Shown here in pieces: positions 57,262-64,000 of a stretch of 64,000 nt of DNA. The stretch's first letter is position 1. Each line of letters begins with the position of its first letter. The position numbers were made by a program, and so were the translations under genes. The DNA comes from Bdellovibrionales bacterium (GTDB lineage: Bacteria; Bdellovibrionota; Bdellovibrionia; Bdellovibrionales; UBA1609), in the NCBI GenBank assembly GCA_050246815.1, contig JBFWVI010000002.1, forward strand, positions 37,270 through 101,269, read 5' to 3'. The notes beneath the pieces are model-generated. The model was not told the origin of the DNA. It did no database searches and was given only the letters and a program-made list of their open reading frames with translations.

Positions 57262-58497
57262 ATGGCCAAGACCGGCTTTTGGCAAGCTCTTTTCAGTCGG
57301 CGAATGCTGACAGTTTTAGTTTTGGGTTTTGCTTCGGGACTTCCGTTGCTGCTGACTGGCGGCACCTTGAAAGTTTGGTTGGCCCGTGAAGAGGTCGACA
57401 TTTCGATGATCGGATATTTCAGTTGGGTGGGCATGGCCTACTCGCTTAAATTTTTCTGGGCGCCCTTGGTGGATCGCTATGAGCTTTTTAAAATCGGTCG
57501 CCGCCGCTCATGGATGATCGTCACACAAATCGGTCTGGCCGCCTTATTATGGTGGATTGCTCAGCTAAGTCCTCACACCTCGCTTAGCTTTATGGCCCTA
57601 CTGGCTGTGGGCATCGCTTTTTTTAGTGCCACTCAAGACATCGTGATCGATGCCTACCGGCGCGAAATACTGCCCGATGAAGAGTTAGGTCTAGGCTCAA
57701 GCTTTTACCAATACGGCTACCGCATCGCAATGCTGGTGTCGGGTGGAGTTGGCGTGGGTATGGTCGGGACTGTTCTGACTTGGTCCAGTCTTTACCAATT
57801 GATGGCCGTCTTAGTCGTGCTTTGCGCGGTGTTCACCTGGTTCGCGCCAGAGCCCACACTTGCCGCGCCACTGCCAAAAACTTTGCTCGAGGCCGTGGTT
57901 CAACCAATCAAAGAGTTTTTAACCCGCGACCAAGCCATCTTGATTTTGCTTTTCGTATTTTTATTTAAACTAGGCGATGCTTTGTCGGGCGCAATGCTAA
58001 ATCCCTTTTACGTGCAGTCTGGCTACTCCAACCAAGACATCGGCCTGATCGCGAAAACGGTGGGTTTGGCTTCGTCGCTGCTGGGTCTGTTCATTGGTGG
58101 TGCGATCATTTACAAAATGGGAGTGCTGCGTTCGCTTTGGGTCTTTGGCATTTTGCAGGCCCTTTCGACCGCCGGCTTTTCAATCATCGTGTTCACCGGC
58201 CCGGTGAACTGGGCCTTGGCGGTGGCAGTGGTTTTTGAAGACATTTCGGCCGGCATGGGTAGCGCGGCCTTTGTTGCCTACATCGCCTCAGTCACCGATA
58301 AGCGTTTTACCGGCACGCAGTACGCGCTGCTTTCAAGTCTTGCGACCCTGGGCCGCAATTTTTTCTCAGGTTTCACCGGCGACATGGTGAAAAGCTTAGG
58401 GTGGGCCTGGTTTTTTTGGAGCTGTGCTTTGATCGCGATTCCAGGAATGATCACACTTTTCATCTTGCAAAAGCGCGCCAAACCCCTACCGACATAA
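57262..58497 (+). CDS. ampG: AmpG-family muropeptide MFS permease
   Basis: LGFASGLP, KFFWAPLVD, GRRRSW, SATQDIVIDAYR, TQYALLSS. Confidence 0.92.
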   Translation: MAKTGFWQALFSRRMLTVLVLGFASGLPLLLTGGTLKVWLAREEVDISMIGYFSWVGMAYSLKFFWAPLVDRYELFKIGRRRSWMIVTQIGLAALLWWIAQLSPHTSLSFMALLAVGIAFFSATQDIVIDAYRREILPDEELGLGSSFYQYGYRIAMLVSGGVGVGMVGTVLTWSSLYQLMAVLVVLCAVFTWFAPEPTLAAPLPKTLLEAVVQPIKEFLTRDQAILILLFVFLFKLGDALSGAMLNPFYVQSGYSNQDIGLIAKTVGLASSLLGLFIGGAIIYKMGVLRSLWVFGILQALSTAGFSIIVFTGPVNWALAVAVVFEDISAGMGSAAFVAYIASVTDKRFTGTQYALLSSLATLGRNFFSGFTGDMVKSLGWAWFFWSCALIAIPGMITLFILQKRAKPLPT

Positions 58498-58526
58498 GGA
58501 GCTCTCTTTTTTGGGTGGGGCGCGAT

Positions 58527-59252
58527 CTAGTGGCTCTGATTTAATTGAGCAAAGTACACACTGTAAAAATTGATTTCGGAGTTTCGCGTTTCTAGCAAAT
58601 CCGAAAAAATTCGAATCAGTTTTGCGTCTGTCAGTTTTTTCATGGTGTAGGGGAAAAACTCTGCAACATCGTATCCCTGCTTCTCGTATACTAAGGCTTG
58701 AATGGCGGCGTCCAGCTTGTCGAGTTGCAGGACCATTTGGGCCCCTGGGGTTTTTTGCTGTTCATACTCATGCCAAAGTTCGAGGATCAACTTGCCCTCA
58801 AGACCGGTTCCGCGCAACAAATTTTCGAGGGTGATTCTTTCTAGGCGATGCTTATCATTCGCACTTATGTCATCGTGGGGGGTGTAATCTGGTAATTTAT
58901 ATTCGGCAAAATCGTGAAAGTAGGCCATCAAACCCATCCGCACACGATGCAATCCGCGTTGCATTGGCAGTTCCATCGCCGCGCGAAAAACTTTTTCGGA
59001 GTGTTCAAAAACACTTTGGCCTTTTCAGCTGGAATATTCCGCTTAAGCCAGCCAGATCTTTTTTTTGCCTGTAGATCCGCTGTCGCTGAGAGAATTTGTG
59101 GATGTGCTTGAATAAATTTTTGAATCCAGGCGTGAGTAGCCTTGGTCACTGTTCAAAAGCAGGGTATCGCATGAGGAGTCACCGGCGATAGAAGTCGCCG
59201 AAGCGCTAAATGTAAAAGTGAAGAGGAATACAATTAAAAGGTGTGGAATCAC
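58527..59252 (-). pseudogene. Secreted HD-domain (YfbR/HDDC2-like) hydrolase broken by two frameshifts
   Basis: First frame: signal peptide + CDTLL; second frame: LQAKKRSGWLKRNIP; third frame: SVFEHS...HDFAE...LW.EYE...LDKLD...QA..YE. Confidence 0.75.
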
Positions 59253-59650
59253 TTGCTCTCCCCAGCGGCACCAGCGTATCCCAGCAAAATGCTTAAGACG
59301 TCACTCTCGCTCAAATCTGAATTTTGCTGTTTTTGCCAGATCTGATGAATGATCTTGGTTCGAATCAGATTGAGTGATTTTATTTGACCGATCTGTGAGT
59401 CAAAGTAATTTTTCGCTTTTGGATCTTGAGCCACCGCAACAAGTTCATCTGTGACAGTTCTCATTAGTTTCGCAACATAAAGATCGCGCGCCTCGCGATC
59501 TGCCAGCAGCATTGCACAACTATTCATGTCTCCCACCGGCTGCAATATAAAATATTCATCCTAGGAACGCTCAAAATCAAAGCCACCCGTATTAGCCAAA
59601 GCCATCGAACAAAGTGACAATCCTAAATAAATTATAGCCGCGCGCACCAC
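59249..59650 (-). pseudogene. Secreted hypothetical protein with in-frame TAG at 59561-59563
   Basis: GGAGA RBS + GTG 59650, signal peptide VVRAAIIYLGLSLCSMALA, ...FERS*DEYFILQPVGDMNSCAMLL... in the same frame. Confidence 0.7.
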
Positions 59651-59682
59651 AAAAGTCTCCGATTTACTAGCGAAGCCCTATC

Positions 59683-59698
59683 AGCAAGGCCCGGGCCA
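59683..59698 (-). promoter_or_regulatory. Sigma54 promoter
   Basis: Minus strand TGGCCC-GGGCC-TTGCT. Confidence 0.7.
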
Positions 59699-59712
59699 CA
59701 GACGACTCCCTT

Positions 59713-59728
59713 TGGCATCCTGTTTGCT
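59713..59728 (+). promoter_or_regulatory. Sigma54 promoter
   Basis: TGGCAT-CCTGT-TTGCT. Confidence 0.72.
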
Positions 59729-59769
59729 GATCTCAAGGGGCAGGGCGGATCTAAAATAAGGAGGACTTC

Positions 59770-61578
59770 GTGCATTCCATTTTCTTGGTGAGCTTATTTT
59801 TACTTTCTACGCAAATTTTTGCGTCCACCGAAGGCGGGCGCAAAGATTTCAGCCAAGGTGGAATGCCACAGATATCCGTCGCACCGAAAGGGCTCAGTGC
59901 GCAGCCGCAAACGGCCCAGGCCGTCGAGGCAGAGCCCTTGTCGCCGTTCGAGTTCACCCGTCGCTTCACCGTGAAAGTGATCAACCAGATGGCAAGCGTC
60001 TTCACCGCCTCTCGAGGCGGGGGGCATGGCACGGGATTTTACGTTGGCGATGGCAAAAACCAAAGTGGTGAATCGGTTGGCTATATCTTCACGAACAACC
60101 ACGTCATTAAACAAAATACGGGCATGGTACAAAAGCTCAGTCTTGAATTTACCACCGATACCGAAGTTCCAGAAGAAGTCGATGCCCAATTGGTGTTTAG
60201 CAGCCAGGTCCATGATTTTGCCGTTCTGGCTTTTAAAATAGCCGACTTGAAACGGCTCAAAGGAAAGATTCAGCCCGCACCGATTCCGCCACGTGACTCT
60301 AAGCTTTATTCATTTGGCAAATACGGTCGTGAACTGCAAGGGCGACCCACTTTGGCCCAGGGCAACCCGTTTGCCAGCGAAGCTTCAACGACCTATGGCA
60401 ATATCTCGACCGTCTTTCGCGATCACGCCAGCGGAGTGTTCATTCAGACCCAGACCCCGATCAATCCAGGCAATTCGGGCGGGCCCTTGATCGATCTTGA
60501 AACCATGCAGGTGATTGGTATCAACACGCTCAAATACACCGAAGCTGACAATATGGGTTTTGCCATTCCGATCGGGGTGGTCATGGATGAATTCCTGGAG
60601 TGGATCGAAAATCCACATATTGCCCGCAAAAAAGAGATCGATGTCAGACTTGGCACCAACCCGAAATCTGAACTTAAAGTCTTGGGCGTCAGCGAAGTGA
60701 TCAGTCGCGCCTATCCCGATTTTTTTGCAAGCCGCGACAGCGTTATTCGCATCAATGATGCAAGCTCTGAATCCAACCTGCGCCGAGGCGATCAAGTGAT
60801 CAAGGTGAACGGCAACTTTTTATCTTCTTCGATGGCGATTTATGAATGGTTGATGCACGTGCAGCGCAGTGAAAAGACGCTCAAGGTTGAGCTGGTTCGC
60901 CATGGTCGCCTGATCGAGGTCGATGTGCCGATTCGCGATGAATCCTACCAGATGGCGAGGAGAAAAGTGGACATGGTTCACATCTCGGGGCTGATTTTCA
61001 GCTCGATCACGGACAATGGCCGCTGGGGTATGGGACACGGTTTTAAATCGAATGTGGTCGTGGGCCAAATCATTCATAGTTCCGAAGTCAACTTTGGTGG
61101 CATGCGCATGCCCGATCATGGCTCGGTTTTAGTGAGTGTTTCGATCGACAACAAAGAGTACGAAATTCGCAACATGGCTCAGTTTAAGCAGATCATTTAC
61201 CAACATCGACAGTCCAAATTCATCCGACTGGATGTGGTGGAACCTGTCACCGTCTATGTGCCACAGCAAGGCACGTCACCTGTGACGGATCCGGCGGTGG
61301 GCATGTTCGCTTATCGTTCGACCACCGCTTCTTACGTGGTTCCGATGACCGAGGTGGTGACTCCCATGCATTTTTCGCTCAATCAGTTTGAAAAACAATT
61401 CAGTTTTGAGCAAGGGCACCCCGAAACCCGCGACTGGCGACGCTTTGTCAAAAGTGATCGTTGGCCAACCCAGGTCAAGTGCGATGAACTGCTGATCCTG
61501 TCGCACACGACTGATCGAGTGCAGTTTAGCGCGACCGGAAGGCGACAGCATCCAAGACAACCACCAATCCGTGATTAG
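59770..61578 (+). CDS. Secreted S1C trypsin-like serine protease with PDZ-like domains
   Basis: Signal peptide, GTGF, TNNHV, DFAVL, INPGNSGGPL, LRRGDQVIKVNG; AAGGAGG RBS. Confidence 0.9.
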   Translation: MHSIFLVSLFLLSTQIFASTEGGRKDFSQGGMPQISVAPKGLSAQPQTAQAVEAEPLSPFEFTRRFTVKVINQMASVFTASRGGGHGTGFYVGDGKNQSGESVGYIFTNNHVIKQNTGMVQKLSLEFTTDTEVPEEVDAQLVFSSQVHDFAVLAFKIADLKRLKGKIQPAPIPPRDSKLYSFGKYGRELQGRPTLAQGNPFASEASTTYGNISTVFRDHASGVFIQTQTPINPGNSGGPLIDLETMQVIGINTLKYTEADNMGFAIPIGVVMDEFLEWIENPHIARKKEIDVRLGTNPKSELKVLGVSEVISRAYPDFFASRDSVIRINDASSESNLRRGDQVIKVNGNFLSSSMAIYEWLMHVQRSEKTLKVELVRHGRLIEVDVPIRDESYQMARRKVDMVHISGLIFSSITDNGRWGMGHGFKSNVVVGQIIHSSEVNFGGMRMPDHGSVLVSVSIDNKEYEIRNMAQFKQIIYQHRQSKFIRLDVVEPVTVYVPQQGTSPVTDPAVGMFAYRSTTASYVVPMTEVVTPMHFSLNQFEKQFSFEQGHPETRDWRRFVKSDRWPTQVKCDELLILSHTTDRVQFSATGRRQHPRQPPIRD

Positions 61579-61587
61579 GAGTGCCCA

Positions 61588-63288
61588 GTGAATAAGAAGA
61601 TTTTTTCGATCTTGCTTGTGTTTCTTGCTTCAGCCACGACGTTGGCGACCGAACCGAAACGTCGCACGGTCTCGATTGAGGAATCGCCTTTTGAATACAC
61701 CCGGCGCTTCACGGTCAAGGTTGAAAATGAACAAGCAGATATCTTCACGGGTGAGCCCGACGGCAGCCACGGCACGGGCTTTTACGTTGGCAATACAAAG
61801 GATCGCCATGGCCATCGGTTGGGACTGATCTTCACCAATAACCATGTGATTGCCAAGGACCAGGGGGCAGTGCAAAAACTCACCCTCGAATTCACCACCG
61901 AAGGTGATATTCCCGAAAAGGTTCCCGCTCGAATTTTTTATGCCAGCGCCGTTTATGATTTTGCCGTGCTCTCTTTTAAGCTGAGTGACATTAAAAAGGT
62001 CAAAAATCAAATCTCTCCGGCGCCGTTACCCACCCGTGACCATCCGCTTTATCAGTTCGTTCGACACGGTCGTAGCCTACAAGGACGGGCCACTTTGGCC
62101 CAAGGCAATCCGTTTGACAGTGAGGCCTCTGTTACTTTTGGCAATATTTCGACGCTTTATCGCGACCAACATGATGGCGTATTCATCCAAACGCAAACGC
62201 CAATCAACGAGGGCAATTCCGGAGGCCCGCTTATAGACTTAGAGACCGGAACAGTCATCGGCATCAACACCATGAAAAATAAAGACGCCGACAACGTGGG
62301 TTTTGCTATTCCGATCGGCGTCGCCATGGAAGAATTTTTAGCTTGGACCAAAGATCCGGATATGGCTCGGGTCAAAAGTGTCGATGTCCGCTTGGGCGCG
62401 AATGATGTCGGTCAAATGGATGTTTTGGGGGTGACCCCGGTGATCAAGGCCGCCTATCCTCATTTTTTTGATAATCACAATGCCGTCATTCGTGTTCACG
62501 ATGCCAGCCCTGCAACTCGCCTTGAACGCGGCGATCAAATTGTCAAAGTCGGTGGGACCTTCTTGCACTCCTCGTTACTTTTTCATGATTGGGACGTTCA
62601 GCTGCAAAAATCCAAAGGCACCTTAAAAGTCGAGCTGGTGCGAAATGGCGCTTTGATCGAAGTTGATGTGCCCGTGCGTGATGAGACTTATCGATTTGCC
62701 CGCTCATTGGTGGATTTTGTTTATATTTCGGGTTTGATCTTTGACGAGGTTCTGCCGAATTACAGATGGCGGGCCGGCCATCACATCCAATCTTCAGTGG
62801 TCATCAGTGACATCATCGAAAACTCCGAGACCAGATTTGCTGCGGGCGCCTTACCCGAACCGAATTCCATTTTGGTGTCGGTCAACATCGACAACAAAGA
62901 TTATCCCATCTTCAACCTAACCCAATTGAAGCGGGTTCTTTACGGCAAACGTGGTTCCAAGTTTATTCGTCTTGATGTGATCGAGCCAATGCGGATTTCG
63001 GTGAATGGAGAGCCCAGAAACATTGATGATTCGGCGGTCGGTACGCCGGCTTATCGTTCAACCACGGCTTCCTATGTGGTGCCCATGTTGGATGTGATAA
63101 CGCCGCTGCAGTTCTCGCAACACAGATTCGAAAGACAATTCAGTTTTAAACAAGGTCATCCCGAAACCCGGGATTGGCATCGCTTTGTAAAAGCCGACCG
63201 CTGGCCGCAAGCCTGCGATCAGGCGCTGACCAGTAAAGATGAAAAAGCGTCGCCGCTACGGCGCTCAAAATCTCTTAAGAAAAGATAG
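61588..63288 (+). CDS. Secreted S1C serine protease with PDZ-like domains (tandem paralog)
   Basis: Same motifs (TNNHV, DFAVL, INEGNSGGPL); colinear with the upstream paralog. Confidence 0.9.
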   Translation: MNKKIFSILLVFLASATTLATEPKRRTVSIEESPFEYTRRFTVKVENEQADIFTGEPDGSHGTGFYVGNTKDRHGHRLGLIFTNNHVIAKDQGAVQKLTLEFTTEGDIPEKVPARIFYASAVYDFAVLSFKLSDIKKVKNQISPAPLPTRDHPLYQFVRHGRSLQGRATLAQGNPFDSEASVTFGNISTLYRDQHDGVFIQTQTPINEGNSGGPLIDLETGTVIGINTMKNKDADNVGFAIPIGVAMEEFLAWTKDPDMARVKSVDVRLGANDVGQMDVLGVTPVIKAAYPHFFDNHNAVIRVHDASPATRLERGDQIVKVGGTFLHSSLLFHDWDVQLQKSKGTLKVELVRNGALIEVDVPVRDETYRFARSLVDFVYISGLIFDEVLPNYRWRAGHHIQSSVVISDIIENSETRFAAGALPEPNSILVSVNIDNKDYPIFNLTQLKRVLYGKRGSKFIRLDVIEPMRISVNGEPRNIDDSAVGTPAYRSTTASYVVPMLDVITPLQFSQHRFERQFSFKQGHPETRDWHRFVKADRWPQACDQALTSKDEKASPLRRSKSLKKR

Positions 63289-63296
63289 GCCGCATT

Positions 63297-64000
63297 TTAG
63301 CGGCCAAAATCCTTCAAAATAACTTTAGTGGCGTTAAGGCCCGAGGTGCCCATCACACCCCCACCGGGGTGGGTGCCGCTGCCACACATGTAAAGACCCT
63401 TTAGCGGCGTCTTATAATTGGCGTAGCCTGGCACCGGGCGCATGTTGAACATCTGATCCAAAGTCATGCGACCGTGAAACAGATTGCCACCGGTCAGATT
63501 GAACTCGCGTTCCAAATCGACTGGTGTCAGCACCTCGCGATGCAAGATGGCGTTTTTGATATTGGGCGCGTACTGGGCCAAGATGTCGATGCAGCGATCG
63601 GCGTAAGATTCTTTCTCTTGTTCCCAAGTCTTGCCGTTTTTCAAGGAATAAGGGCCGTATTGGGTGAAGATGTTCATCACATGTTTTCCTGGCGGTGCGA
63701 TGGTCGAATCCACCGAAGAAGGGATTGTGCACTCCAGGATCGGATTGCGCGAGGGTACACCGCGCACCGAATCCGCATAGGCCTCTTCGATGTACTGCGA
63801 GTTTGGGCAAATGTGAATGGTGCCACGATGCTGTGGCCCAACGGTTTTGCCCGGGCAAGCCGTGAAGTCGGGTAGCTCAGAAAGTGCCAAATTGATTTTC
63901 ACCGAAGCACTGTCGTAGTTGATACGACGAACTTGGCGCACAAAATCCGCCGGCAGGTCACTTTCGTTGATCAACTTATTAAAAGTCACGTTTGGATCGG
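63297..64000 (-). CDS. Phytoene desaturase-like FAD oxidoreductase (C-terminal part; runs off window)
   Basis: PS.VD.TIAPPGKHV, TPVDLE..F.L.GGN.FHG, TPLKGLYMCGSGTHPGGGV. Confidence 0.88.
   Translation of the reverse strand, partial: DPNVTFNKLINESDLPADFVRQVRRINYDSASVKINLALSELPDFTACPGKTVGPQHRGTIHICPNSQYIEEAYADSVRGVPSRNPILECTIPSSVDSTIAPPGKHVMNIFTQYGPYSLKNGKTWEQEKESYADRCIDILAQYAPNIKNAILHREVLTPVDLEREFNLTGGNLFHGRMTLDQMFNMRPVPGYANYKTPLKGLYMCGSGTHPGGGVMGTSGLNATKVILKDFGR

Overview
Gene-dense bacterial chromosome segment of roughly 50% GC. The gene content points to a predatory Bdellovibrionota/Bdellovibrionales organism: a TIGR02147/DUF4423 regulator, an orphan FliG-C paralog, a PA14 lipoprotein, a stand-alone Y1 transposase and many secreted hydrolases. 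This taxonomy is an inference. Housekeeping genes (greB, queD, tsaC/sua5, typA, dapF, arfB, ppiC, citrate synthase, ampG) are interleaved with accessory modules. Main points: (1) a tightly coupled ECF-sigma operon with a lipoprotein, anti-sigma, Tat-signal DUF3106 protein, beta-barrel and an un-called 44-aa acidic micro-ORF that resembles the anti-sigma tail; (2) an operon behind a sigma28-type promoter encoding a di-heme cytochrome c peroxidase, a DAHL-type histidine kinase, a REC protein, a REC-HD-GYP protein and a truncated REC-HD-GYP duplicate; (3) several sigma54-type promoters, including a back-to-back divergent pair, in front of secreted enzymes, several of which share a short C-x-x-L-L tag; (4) three broken genes; (5) an HNH-degenerate AP2 protein, a DnaA-box pair, a recurrent GTCTCA-N3-TGAGAC palindrome and a REP-like palindrome. 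No rRNA, tRNA or CRISPR array was seen. All family assignments come from recognising motifs by eye, not from database searches.
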